From the NCBI GenBank assembly GCA_965226885.1, contig CBDDEL010000012.1:128001-192000 (forward strand): a DNA stretch of 64,000 nucleotides. Reading direction: 5' to 3'. Positions 30,545-41,108 of this stretch are shown one piece after another (position 1 is the first letter of the stretch; each line of letters starts with the position of its first letter). Made by a program: the position numbers and the translations under genes. Origin of the DNA: Opitutales bacterium (GTDB taxonomy: Bacteria > Verrucomicrobiota > Verrucomicrobiia > Opitutales > UBA2987). The notes under the pieces were generated by a model, which ran no database searches, was not told the DNA's origin, and saw only the letters and a list, made by a program, of their open reading frames with translations.

Positions 30545-32361
30545 GAGGCTGTCCCAAAAGGGTGATTTTTGCGAGGGCTTTTGATAGGCGCTCATTTTAG
30601 AGGTATTTGCATTTGGGAGAGTATCAACTTTGCTCTCCTATGACGTTAGGATACTGGTTTTGGGGTCCGGTTGCCTGGTTTTCTTTGTATGAGCCGACAG
30701 TAAGGCTGTGAAAAAGTATTGTCCTTGCTTTTCCGCTCTCTAGGCCGCCGCTTTGGTTTTTAGTTCGTCTTGCTGGGCCAGCATCTTGGCTACTTTCCAT
30801 AGGTTGTGCGAGAGTACCGACCAGGCTACGCTGATCGAGCGGTTGGCAAAGCCTTTGCTGCGCAACCGCCCGGCCTGCCAGCGATTCTTCAATACCCCGA
30901 TCCGCCCTTCGGTGCTGGCCCGGCGCTTTTGCAATTGCCTGAACAGTGGTTCCTCCATCCGTTTTTTCAACTGCTTCGGATCGCGTGGACAGAGCGCGTC
31001 GTAGATTCCCTCCTGGGCTAACTGCCGGCGGGCCCGCTGGGAGGCAAATCCCCGGTCCGCGCACATGGCCGCTATGGGTTCTTCCAGGTTGAAGCGGTTC
31101 TGTCTTTGCAAACTCTCTTGCATTTGTTCATTTTCGCTTGGAGTTCGGCTGCCGTAGAGTTTCCAGTCCAGCAGGTACCCTTCAACGCTTTCTCCCAAAA
31201 ACAGGGTGTTGCCGAACTCGACCTCTTGGCCCGCTTTACCTCGCACAATCACCTGCCCATCGAGTTCGTAAACACTCAAGACTTTCTCTGCGTTTTTCAC
31301 CTGGCGGCCGCCAATGATCCGCTCGTGCGCCTGTTTGATGACCACCGGGATTTGCTCGCTCATGCGCTCCATCCGGGCGAGGATCTGTTGGACCTGTTTT
31401 TCGCTGTAATCGCCTTGCTCCCAGCAGGCTTGCAATAATTCCCGTTGACTGCGGGCATGCTCCCCGATCCGTTTGAGCAGCTTTTTCATCTGCCTCAAGA
31501 TACCCTTGCGCTGCCGCGCGCTGTCCTTTCGCCGCCGGCTGTGGGTCATCTGTATGCACAGCCGATTCATCTGCCGAGCCAAGGGCTCCGGTTCGATCGG
31601 CATGCGATGGCGCAAACCGGCCTTCTCGCGGATCAGCCGGATCGCTTTGAGCAACGTGCCGGCTACATCCTTGAGTAATACCCAGTCCGTCGGCCAATGA
31701 ATGTTAGCCTCCAAACAGGTGCCGTCGATCAGGCAAATGGTGGTGTCAATCGGCTTGTCCAATCCCACCTGCCGGGCCAGAAGGGCATCGCCCACCACCT
31801 CGGTCAAGGTCCGGTGCAAGGCCCTCAACTGCTCTTCGCTGAAAAACTTCGAGGCCCGCTCCAGGGTGCTTTTGGAGATGCCCCTGATGCCATCGATCTG
31901 CCGGACACGGCAAAAGTCGGCCAACAGATCGCTGCTGCCCAGAGCCCGCGACAAATGCCGAAACGAAATCCCTCCGAGCAGACGGCCCAGCGTATCCATG
32001 CGCAGTGCCTTGATGGCAAAACTGGCCCGCTGCCGCCGGGCCTTTAGACCCATTGGCGGCCACCCCTCCAAGGCCAGCTCAATGGCCTGCGATTCCACCT
32101 CCGAGTCGATCAGCAGCCGATCGATTCGATCAATGGTGGCGCGGAAGTTATCGTAATCGAGGCACCGGTCGACCACAGTTAAAGCTGGACGCAGGAGGCA
32201 TTGGATGGCTATATTTTTCATAGAAAGGGCTATATTGATTTTCGCTAACTCAATTATAGAACCCTTTTTTGGCCGGATCGAGCAAAAACTTGCTCTTTCC
32301 GGCTCTTTTTATCAACGTCATCCAGTTGACTATAAAATCTTTATATTTTTGGGACAGCCTC
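30545..32361 (-). mobile_element. ISNCY/IS5-like IS copy 4 (1817 bp)
   Basis: IRs; flanks taagta / tattgta do not match. Confidence 0.9.
30740..32221 (-). CDS. DDE transposase copy 4
   Basis: Near-identical to 3776..5257. Confidence 0.9.
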   Translation of the reverse strand: MKNIAIQCLLRPALTVVDRCLDYDNFRATIDRIDRLLIDSEVESQAIELALEGWPPMGLKARRQRASFAIKALRMDTLGRLLGGISFRHLSRALGSSDLLADFCRVRQIDGIRGISKSTLERASKFFSEEQLRALHRTLTEVVGDALLARQVGLDKPIDTTICLIDGTCLEANIHWPTDWVLLKDVAGTLLKAIRLIREKAGLRHRMPIEPEPLARQMNRLCIQMTHSRRRKDSARQRKGILRQMKKLLKRIGEHARSQRELLQACWEQGDYSEKQVQQILARMERMSEQIPVVIKQAHERIIGGRQVKNAEKVLSVYELDGQVIVRGKAGQEVEFGNTLFLGESVEGYLLDWKLYGSRTPSENEQMQESLQRQNRFNLEEPIAAMCADRGFASQRARRQLAQEGIYDALCPRDPKQLKKRMEEPLFRQLQKRRASTEGRIGVLKNRWQAGRLRSKGFANRSISVAWSVLSHNLWKVAKMLAQQDELKTKAAA

Positions 32362-33858
32362 TATTGTAGGAAGAGAAATTTTTTAAAAAAAGTTGCAATA
32401 TCGCTGGCTTCGGTATCGGCATTAACTATCTACCTCCTCGGGGACCAGGTAATCTCACGGGATGAAGTGCCAACACCAGTGCTGGATGCCTTTGATCAAC
32501 AATATAAAAACGTTGTGGTTCGCGGTTATGGACTCGAGCTCGAAGAGGGTAACACCTACTACGAAATCGAAAGCAACGACGGGGATATCACGCGAGACAT
32601 TCTTTATTTAGCTGATGGAACCGTGGTGGAAATTGAAGAAAGCATTGAGAAAAAGGATTTACCACAAGCGGTCATCAAAACTATCAACAAGGAATATTTA
32701 GGTGCGGTTATTACAAAAGCTGAATTAGTCACCCGCAACGAGTATACGGGATTTGAGGTAAAATTGACCCACGCGAGTAAATCGATTAGCTTGGATATGA
32801 ATTCTCAGGGCGAAATCATCGAACGCAAAGTTAAGTCGGCCATAAAGTCTGGTAATGCTCCGGTTACCTTAAAAGAATTCTTCTTTACCTCCCGCAACGA
32901 AGCCGAGGATGTCGATTCCCCGGCGGTCTGGCATGGGCCGAATGGTGAGCACCTCCTTTTCGCGACGGCAAAAGCAAGCCACAGTGTGGGTGTTTACGAT
33001 GCTCAAAACGGCGCTTTTATTCGGCGTCTGGGCGGTCAAGGCCATCTGGCGGGACAATTCAATCGTCCCAACGGAATTTCCGTCGTGGATAACTTGATGC
33101 TGGTTGTGGAGCGTGATAATCGCCGCATCCAAGTGTTCAGTCTGCCGGACATGGTCTCGTTGACTTCTTTTGGTTCTGAAGTTCTGCGCAACCCATACGG
33201 CCTGTTTGTGCAAAAAGAAGATGATGGTGAATACATCGTTTATGTGACGGATAATTACGAAACCGCGGAGGAAGAAGTGCCGCCGCCCGACCAGTTAGGT
33301 GATCGCGTTAGGGTGTTTGAATTGGCAGTCGAGGGCAATGTGGCTGAAGGAGAACTGACAGAAGACAGGCCCAGCAGCATTGGCGCCACTTCGGGAGCGG
33401 GTGTTTTGAACATCGTGGAATCCATTTATGGGGATCCGGCGCACAACCGATTGATGATAGGAGATGAATATATGGATGCTCCCGGCGGCAAAAATATCAA
33501 AGTTTACGATTTTGCGGGAAATTTTACAGGTGAAACCATCGGCGATGGCGTATTTCAATACCAGCCGGAAGGAATTGCCCTCTATTCTTGTGATGACGGT
33601 TCCGGCTACTGGATTTTTACCGACCAGGGAAAAGCGGCCAATTACTTTCACCTCTTTGATCGTCAAACATTAAGTTTCGTGGGCACTTTCGAAGGAGAAG
33701 TCACTTTGAATACGGATGGGGTGTGGTTAAGCCAAAAAGCGCTCCCGAGATTTCCCCAAGGCGTTTTTTACGCAATTGACAACGACGGCAATGTGGCGGC
33801 TTTTTCATGGGCGGAAATTGCCGGCCCCTTAGGTTTGAAAACCGGCTGCATTGAGTAG
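32362..33858 (+). CDS. Beta-propeller phytase-like protein with N-terminal PepSY-like repeats; native start codon lost at the IS
   Basis: Signal-peptide remnant; VPTPVLDAF..YYEIE and LPQAVIKTI repeats; DSPAVW, QPEGIALY, TDQG, NTDGV; adjacent to iol genes. Confidence 0.7.
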   Translation, partial: YCRKRNFLKKVAISLASVSALTIYLLGDQVISRDEVPTPVLDAFDQQYKNVVVRGYGLELEEGNTYYEIESNDGDITRDILYLADGTVVEIEESIEKKDLPQAVIKTINKEYLGAVITKAELVTRNEYTGFEVKLTHASKSISLDMNSQGEIIERKVKSAIKSGNAPVTLKEFFFTSRNEAEDVDSPAVWHGPNGEHLLFATAKASHSVGVYDAQNGAFIRRLGGQGHLAGQFNRPNGISVVDNLMLVVERDNRRIQVFSLPDMVSLTSFGSEVLRNPYGLFVQKEDDGEYIVYVTDNYETAEEEVPPPDQLGDRVRVFELAVEGNVAEGELTEDRPSSIGATSGAGVLNIVESIYGDPAHNRLMIGDEYMDAPGGKNIKVYDFAGNFTGETIGDGVFQYQPEGIALYSCDDGSGYWIFTDQGKAANYFHLFDRQTLSFVGTFEGEVTLNTDGVWLSQKALPRFPQGVFYAIDNDGNVAAFSWAEIAGPLGLKTGCIE

Positions 33859-33891
33859 CAATTCAAAAATTTTCATGTTACATTAGTTTTC

Positions 33892-34746
33892 ATGAAATTA
33901 GAGGATTCAGTAATCACTCGGCACCGAGAAGGGTTTTTACGTGGCTACACGGCAATAACACGGGGCGGTGAACCCGATCCTGAAGGCGGCTTCGATACCG
34001 GCATCGACTTCGGGATATACCGCCAGGAGCAAGGTGAAATCATTGAGGAGGCACATCCCAAGGAATCCGTCTGGGTTCTGATGAATGGTAAGGTGGAGGT
34101 TTCTTTAAACGGCCAAACCCATGTTATCGAGCGCCAATCGATTTTCAACGATCCCCCTTCGGCAATCCACCTCCAGCCGAACCCCCCCACTCCGGTTCGC
34201 CTGAATCCATTAAGCGATCAGGTAGAATGGGCCGTAGCGCGGACACCAAATGATCGAACGGTGCAGTCCCGACTTTATACGCCCCGAGAACTTGAACCCG
34301 AATACCGTGGCGATGGATTGGTCCAGGGGGCTTGCCTTCGCAATGTCAGGTTGATCTTCGATTACGAGACTCGCAAGGACTCCAATCTGGTAATTGGCGA
34401 AGTAGTCAATTATCCCGGCAAGTGGTCAAGCTACCCGCCACACCATCATGCACAGCCGGAAATTTATCATTATCGCTTTACAAAGCCGCAAGGCTATGGA
34501 CATGCCGAGTTGGGTGATCGTGTATTCAAGGTCAAACAAAACGATACGGTCTTGATATCCGATGGACTTGACCACGCCCAGGTATCCGCGCCCGGTTATG
34601 GCATGTATTACCTCTGGATTATACGGCATCTACCCGAAAATCCCTACACCGGGTTCGTATTTACAAAGGACCATGAATGGACACTCAACCCGAATGATCA
34701 GGGTTGGGAACCAAAGGATTATAAAGGAAATGGAGGTCCCCAATGA
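33892..34746 (+). CDS. iolB: 5-deoxy-glucuronate isomerase
   Basis: GEVV..PGKWSSYPPHHH..PEIYHYRF; APGYGMYYLW; upstream of iolD. Confidence 0.82.
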   Translation: MKLEDSVITRHREGFLRGYTAITRGGEPDPEGGFDTGIDFGIYRQEQGEIIEEAHPKESVWVLMNGKVEVSLNGQTHVIERQSIFNDPPSAIHLQPNPPTPVRLNPLSDQVEWAVARTPNDRTVQSRLYTPRELEPEYRGDGLVQGACLRNVRLIFDYETRKDSNLVIGEVVNYPGKWSSYPPHHHAQPEIYHYRFTKPQGYGHAELGDRVFKVKQNDTVLISDGLDHAQVSAPGYGMYYLWIIRHLPENPYTGFVFTKDHEWTLNPNDQGWEPKDYKGNGGPQ

Positions 34747-36611
34747 GGACACGGCGTCTTTCCATGGCGGCGGCCATAGTCAACTTTCTCAAGAATCAGT
34801 ATACCTCCCGCGATGGCGTCGAGCACAGGCTCATTAATGGGGTTTTCGGTATTTTCGGTCATGGCAATGTAACCGGTTTAGGACAGGCCCTCGAGGAATA
34901 CGGTCGCAGCGATCTTCCCCATTTTCAGCCAAAAAACGAGCAGGCCATGGTCCACACAGCAATCGCCTACGCGAAAACAAAAAAACGTCTGGGAGCGCTA
35001 GCCTGCACCTCCTCTATCGGTCCTGGGGCGACAAACATGATCACGGGCGCGGCCACCGCAACCGTTAACCGTCTCCCGGTTCTCCTTCTTCCAGGCGATA
35101 TATTTGCCAACCGCATACCAGCACCGGTACTTCAGCAATTGGAAGCTCCCCACAGCCAGGATATCAGCGTTAATGATTGCTTCAAGCCAGTCTCTAAATA
35201 CTGGGACCGTATGAACCGTCCCGAACAGATACTTACCGCACTGCCCGAAGCCATGCGGGTTTTGGCCGATCCTGCGGAAACAGGCGCCGTCACCATTGCC
35301 ATGCCCGAAGATGTTCAGGCTGAGAGCTATGACTATCCACTTAATTTTTTTGAAAAACGCGTTTATGCGGTGGAGCGAAACTGCTGTTCTCAAAACTCTC
35401 TCCGGGCCGCTTGCGATCTTATCAAAGCTTCCACAAAACCATTGATTATCGCCGGTGGCGGAGTCCATTATTCGGAAGCCTGCCAAGCTCTCGAAAATTT
35501 CGTAAAAAAGAACGGAATACCTGTAGTCGTAACACAAGCAGGCAAAGGCGCTTTGCTTGACGACAATCCTGCCTGCCTGGGCGCGTTAGGAGTCACGGGT
35601 AATTCCGCCGCCAACCAAGCAGCCGCGCAAGCGGATTTTATTCTGACAATCGGAACCCGTCTGGCCGATTTCACAACCGCCTCCAAAACATTGTTTCAAA
35701 ATACGGCGGTTCGATTTGCCGGAATTAATGTCAACGCCTACGATGCCCATAAGCATGGCGCTCTGCCTTTAGTCGGAGATGCCCGTTCAATCATCGAAGC
35801 CCTTTCCGAAATGCTCGATGGGTATTCCATCTCCAGCCAGTGGCGCGACCTGAATGTGAATGCCAAAGCGATTTGGGAAACGCAATACAAGGAGATCGTT
35901 TACTCCGCGAACAAAGGCAGGAAACTTTTCCAGAGCGAAGTCATTCGCATCCTCAATGATCATTGTAATGAAAATTCAACCGTAGTGCACGCCGCGGGCG
36001 GCATTCCCGGCGATATCCACAAACTCTGGAAATCGAGGGATTATAACGATTATCATTCCGAATACGGTTATTCCTGCATGGGTTATGAGATTGCCGGAGC
36101 GCTAGGTGTGAAAATGGCCGATCCCGAGCGCGAGGTCTTTGCCTTCCTCGGCGATGGCAGCTACTTGATGCTAAACCATGAGATCGTTACTTCGATCCAG
36201 GAAGGACTTAAAATTACCATCGTCCTGAACGACAATCATGGCTATCAATGCATACATGGGCTGCAGCGGTCCTGTGGAGGCAAAAGCTTCGGAAACGAAT
36301 TCCGTCGCCGCACTGAAGAAAATCGACGGCTGGAAGGTGAGGATGTCGATATCGACTTCATGGCTAACGCCAAAAGCCTGGGCGCGACCGTTTTTAAAGC
36401 GGAGGATGAATCGTCTCTGTTGGAAGCCCTCAAGGCGGCCCGTAAAGAAAAAAGGACTTCCCTTATTTATATCCCTGTAGATGCGAATTCCAACATACCC
36501 GGCTACTCCTGGTGGGACGTGCCGATGTCGGATTCTTCAGAAAATCCAAATGTAATGGAAGCTCGCAAAGCTTATAAGGAAGCCAAAAGTAAACAACGGT
36601 TTTATTTCTAA
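34743..36611 (+). CDS. iolD: 3D-(3,5/4)-trihydroxycyclohexane-1,2-dione acylhydrolase
   Basis: GIFGHGNVTG, TSSIGPGATN, HSEYGYSCMGYE, GDGSYLM, FGNEFR. Confidence 0.95.
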   Translation: MRTRRLSMAAAIVNFLKNQYTSRDGVEHRLINGVFGIFGHGNVTGLGQALEEYGRSDLPHFQPKNEQAMVHTAIAYAKTKKRLGALACTSSIGPGATNMITGAATATVNRLPVLLLPGDIFANRIPAPVLQQLEAPHSQDISVNDCFKPVSKYWDRMNRPEQILTALPEAMRVLADPAETGAVTIAMPEDVQAESYDYPLNFFEKRVYAVERNCCSQNSLRAACDLIKASTKPLIIAGGGVHYSEACQALENFVKKNGIPVVVTQAGKGALLDDNPACLGALGVTGNSAANQAAAQADFILTIGTRLADFTTASKTLFQNTAVRFAGINVNAYDAHKHGALPLVGDARSIIEALSEMLDGYSISSQWRDLNVNAKAIWETQYKEIVYSANKGRKLFQSEVIRILNDHCNENSTVVHAAGGIPGDIHKLWKSRDYNDYHSEYGYSCMGYEIAGALGVKMADPEREVFAFLGDGSYLMLNHEIVTSIQEGLKITIVLNDNHGYQCIHGLQRSCGGKSFGNEFRRRTEENRRLEGEDVDIDFMANAKSLGATVFKAEDESSLLEALKAARKEKRTSLIYIPVDANSNIPGYSWWDVPMSDSSENPNVMEARKAYKEAKSKQRFYF

Positions 36612-36619
36612 AAACTATC

Positions 36620-37627
36620 ATGTCTGAAATCAGTTTATCTCAATCAAAAATGCAAATCATGTCCGGCCTAGGGGCGGATTGGTGGAACGACTCCTGCGCA
36701 ACCGATGAACTCTCCCACGCCGTGCAGGAGGGCGCGGTGGGAGCCACCTCTAATCCCGTCATTGTCAGCGCCGCAGTCAAAAGCCAAGAGGATTTATGGC
36801 TGCCCGTGCTGGACAAAATCATACGGGATAATCCATCCGACACAGAAGATGATATTGCCTGGAAACTCATCGCCACCATCGGCAAGGAAGCCGCCAAATT
36901 GCTCTATCCGGTTTATGAAAGGACCAACGGTGAAAAAGGTTATCTTTCCATGCAAGTGAATCCCAAGTTTTATCCCGACAAGGACCTTATGGTCAACCAG
37001 GCGAAATATCTCTCATCGCTCGCGCCCAATATAGCGATCAAGGCGCCGGCAACGCAAACCGGGATTGCCGCGATTGAAGAAATGACGTCTCAGGGAATAC
37101 GGGTCAATGCCACCGTAAGCTTCTCCGTTTCCCAGGCAGTGGCTGCGGCTGAAGCAATGGAGAGAGGAATTAAGCAAGCAAAAAATAACGGGATTGAGAC
37201 TGAGAATATTCACCCCTATGTTACCATTATGGTGGGTCGTGTTGACGACCAGTTACGCCGTGTGCGGGAGAGTGAAAAAATCGATATCGATGCAGGTTTC
37301 ATCGATTGGGCCGGCGTGGCCGTCTTTAAAAAAGCCCACCAGGTATTCAAACCAAGAGGCTACCGGGGCAAGTTGCTCGCGGCCGCTTATCGCAATAATC
37401 TGCAATGGTCGGAACTGATCGACGCCGATGTCCTGCAAACAATACCCTATGCCTGGTGGAACCGATTCAACGACTCGGCCATAACGCCGCATCTCAGTAT
37501 TGAGGAACCTGTCGATGAAATGATTTTAAGTGAGCTTTATGAGAAATTCAGTGATTTTCGCAAAGCTTTTGATGAAGATGGTATGGAACCGGAAGAGTTT
37601 ATCCATTACGATTGGGTAGTGTATTAA
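36620..37627 (+). pseudogene. Transaldolase-family protein, C-terminus clipped by IS1
   Basis: WWNDS, GATSNP, NIAIKAPAT, VNATVSF; last residues are encoded by the IS1 end. Confidence 0.8.
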
Positions 37628-38418
37628 GTAGGAATGGTGGCTAATTCTTGATTATATTGATGAATGAAAAGTCTCAGACAGGTTTCATGCATACTCTTAA
37701 GCTTGGAAAAGGAGAGGGTTTTGCGTGTGAAACGACCCAGTCGTTGGCGCAGGGTATTGTTCCATCGTTCCACATGGGCCGTTTCACCGGTTTCTCTTTT
37801 CCCACGGATCGGTTATGAGGAAAGACTTCATCATAAGTGCTCCAAAAGTCGCTGTAGGTGGCACATCTTTTGTAGGCCCGTGGCAGACGCTCGTAAAGTT
37901 CCCGGCAACGATACCAATCCCGAGGCCCAATGGCATAGGAGAGGATTTGACGGGTGCGTCGGCAAAGAGCGATCCAAACCCATTGGGCATCGCTCTTGCG
38001 CCCCACAAAAGACCACAGTTCGTCCAGTTCAATGACATCATGGCGGCGGGCCGCAAGAATCGTGCTTTTGAGCGGTCGCAGCGATTGTCGTTTTTTTTAA
38101 CCAACTCAAAACGGTGTTGGGACTCACCCCGAAGGCGCGCTGTAAACCGCGTAGACTGCTGCGTTCCTGATAGACTCGAAGGATCATTTCTTTTTGCTCT
38201 TCGGTGTATTTCACTGTGGGGTTTTCGCGGCTTTGTTTACCACAATCATGGCAGCGGTAGCGCTGTTTATGGTTGGGCGTCTTGCCAAATTTAATGATAT
38301 TTTCACTTCCACAGTGCCGACAATTAATAATTTTAGTAACCATGCACTAAGAATAAACTGCCTAACGCTATTTGTACAGCTAAAAATACAAAATAACATT
38401 CTTTTTTTATACACTACC
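37615..38418 (-). mobile_element. IS1-family element copy 3 (InsB frameshifted by +2 near 37795)
   Basis: IRs; InsA 38038..38343; no TSD; joins two truncated genes. Confidence 0.9.
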
Positions 38419-38838
38419 ATCGTTTCCAATGATGATTCCATTTTAACGGCAAAAGTTATAGATCTTTATATTGAAGATCATGGGGTTGCAGCAGAAGATC
38501 AGGTAGGAATCCACTTTAACGATTATGATGGGGCATTCGCTGGTTCAGCTGATAGCGCACATTTGGATGTCGTTTTTGATCGCTATGTCTATCGGAACCC
38601 AAGCGGAGGCCTTGGGACCTTCCAGGATCAGCCATTTCAAGTCGCCTTAGATGCGAAAGCGGTTGGTGCCTCAATACGATTTGAAGCGAAGAACTGTGAC
38701 TTTAAAGATGCGTCTGGCCCCAACTTTCTTTTATCGTCCTATTATTCCAGTGTGGTGTAAACGCCGGGGAAAAACCGGTACGGTAAAGAGGGCGCTTTAA
38801 AACCGGTACGCTTATTACGCTTATCCTAGAAAGGAGGA

Positions 38839-40344
38839 GTGTATCGAGATATGAAGCAATGGACAAGAGTGCGGCACAAAGTGCTGCGGGACAAGCAGAG
38901 CAAGCGCTCTGTAATGCGAGAAGAGGGACTGCACTGGGAGACCCTGGGAAAGATGCTGGCCTATTCCCAGCCGCCGGGATACCGGCGCAAGAAGAGGCGA
39001 GAGCGCAAGATCGATCCGTATGTGGGCTGGATCGAGGAGGTGCTCAAAGCGGACCGGAACGTGCCCAAGAAGCAGCGCCATACGGCCAAACGGATCTACC
39101 AGCGTTTGGGTCGGGAGAAGGGCTACCAAGGGGGCTACACGGCGGTCAAGGAGGTGGTGGCCGAGCTGCGAGCGAGGCGGCGGGAAGTGTTCGTGCCGCT
39201 GGAGCACCGCCCCGGGGAGGGACAGGTGGACTTCGGTCATGCCCTGGTGAAGGAGGCGGGGCAATTGCGTAGGCGGCCATTTTTTGCCATGAGCCTGCCC
39301 TACAGCGATGCCTTTTTCGTGCAGGTGTTCGAACGGGAGTGCACGGAGAGCTTCTGGGAGGGGCACCTGCGAGCTTTTGAGTTTTTCGGGGCGGTGCCCC
39401 GGCGCATCAGCTATGACAACTCGAAGGTGGCGGTGGGTAAGATTATCGGTTCGCGTGAACGCAAGCTGACCGACGGGTTTCTGCAGCTACAGAGCCATTA
39501 CCTGTTCGAGGAACACTTCTGTCTGCCCGCCCGGCCCAACGAGAAGGGCGTGGTCGAGGGGATCGTGCGTTATGCCCGGGCCAACTTCCTGGTACCGGTA
39601 CCGCAGGTTCGGGACCTGGAGGAACTCAACGCAAAGCTGTTGGAGGCATGTGAGCGGGACATGGAGCGTAAATTACGCGGGAAAAGGGCGGTGAAAAAGG
39701 AACTGCTGGCCGAGGAGCGCGCCGTCATGCTGGCGTTGCCGCCCATACCCTTTGAAGCGAGCCGCAAACGCTCGACCTGCGTCAGCAGCCTCTCGCTGGT
39801 GCGCTTCGAGTGCAACGACTATTCGGTGCCGGTGCGCTGCGCCCACCATCCGGTGGTGGTGGAAGGGTCCTGTCGGCAGGTGGTGATCTTCTGTGGGGGC
39901 CAAGAGGTGGCCCGGCACCGCCGCATTTGGGATAAAGAGCAAGTCTCTTTCGAGCCGGTGCACTACCTGGCTTTGCTGGAGAAAAAACCGGGCGCTTTGG
40001 ACTTCGCCCGCCCACTCTCGGGCTGGCAGTTGCCGCAGTGCCTGCAGGTCCTCAGACGCCGGCTCGAAAGCCAATGCGGGGGCGAAGGCACCCGGGAGTA
40101 TATCCGGGTGCTGCGGCTGTTGGAGAAACACCCCATGGCGGCCTTGCAGCAGGCCGTCGTCTCGGCCCTGCGGGTGGGGGGACTGACTCGTGAGGCCATC
40201 GCCCAGTATCTCTATCCTCAGGAAGACTACGGGAGCAGAACCTTCCGGCTGGACGGCCATCCACACCTGCGTCACGTCCGTGTGGCCGCCCCTGACCTCG
40301 GTGCCTACAGCGAACTGCTCAAGATTCCAGGAGGGGCTTTATGA
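38839..40344 (+). CDS. istA: IS21 transposase IstA
   Basis: QVDFG, YDNSK, EKGVVE. Confidence 0.93.
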   Translation: MYRDMKQWTRVRHKVLRDKQSKRSVMREEGLHWETLGKMLAYSQPPGYRRKKRRERKIDPYVGWIEEVLKADRNVPKKQRHTAKRIYQRLGREKGYQGGYTAVKEVVAELRARRREVFVPLEHRPGEGQVDFGHALVKEAGQLRRRPFFAMSLPYSDAFFVQVFERECTESFWEGHLRAFEFFGAVPRRISYDNSKVAVGKIIGSRERKLTDGFLQLQSHYLFEEHFCLPARPNEKGVVEGIVRYARANFLVPVPQVRDLEELNAKLLEACERDMERKLRGKRAVKKELLAEERAVMLALPPIPFEASRKRSTCVSSLSLVRFECNDYSVPVRCAHHPVVVEGSCRQVVIFCGGQEVARHRRIWDKEQVSFEPVHYLALLEKKPGALDFARPLSGWQLPQCLQVLRRRLESQCGGEGTREYIRVLRLLEKHPMAALQQAVVSALRVGGLTREAIAQYLYPQEDYGSRTFRLDGHPHLRHVRVAAPDLGAYSELLKIPGGAL

Positions 40345-41108
40345 AGGAAGAAAAAAACCAGCTGCTGTTACACCATCACCTCAAGAAACTGAAGTTGCCC
40401 ACCATCCTGCGCGAATGGCCGGCGGTGGCCGCGGCTTGTTCCCGGGACCGGCTCGATTACGCCGCCTTTTTGTTGCATCTGGTCGAACGGGAGCTCATTG
40501 AACGCGAACAGCGGGCCGCCCAGCGGCGGATCAAAAACGCCCGTTTCCCCGTGCTCAAGACCCTCGAGAGCTTCGCCTTTGAAGCGCAGCCCTCGATCAA
40601 CGAAGCGCTCATCCGAGAGCTCATGCGCGGGGAGTATGTCGACCAGCGCGAAAACGTGCTGCTCCTCGGTAACGCCGGTACCGGTAAAACGCACCTGGCC
40701 ACCGCCCTGGGCTTTGCCGCCTGTGCCCAGGGCCGGCGGATCCGTTTCTTCGGGGTCACCGCCCTGGTTACCCATATGCTCGAGCAACGCGACAACCACG
40801 ACCTGCAGCGCTTCATGAAGCAACTCGAAAGGCTCGACCGACTCATCCTCGACGAACTCGGTTACGTCCCTTTTTCCAAGACCGGTTCCGAACTGCTCTT
40901 CGACGTGGTCAGCCGCGCTTACGAGCGCACCAGTCTCATCGTCACCACCAACCTGCCCTTTGAGAACTGGATCGAAGTGCTCGGTTCCGAACGGCTCACC
41001 GGAGCTCTGCTGGACCGACTCACCCATCGGGTGCATATCCTCGAAGCCAACGGGCAAAGCTACCGCTTGCGCGATGCTCGACGCCGTCGCCGTGGCACAA
41101 AACAATAA
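40341..41108 (+). CDS. istB: IS21 helper ATPase IstB (L->R in the Walker B strand)
   Basis: GNAGTGKTH; LDRLILDE vs LDLLILDE in copy 1. Confidence 0.92.
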   Translation: MKEEKNQLLLHHHLKKLKLPTILREWPAVAAACSRDRLDYAAFLLHLVERELIEREQRAAQRRIKNARFPVLKTLESFAFEAQPSINEALIRELMRGEYVDQRENVLLLGNAGTGKTHLATALGFAACAQGRRIRFFGVTALVTHMLEQRDNHDLQRFMKQLERLDRLILDELGYVPFSKTGSELLFDVVSRAYERTSLIVTTNLPFENWIEVLGSERLTGALLDRLTHRVHILEANGQSYRLRDARRRRRGTKQ

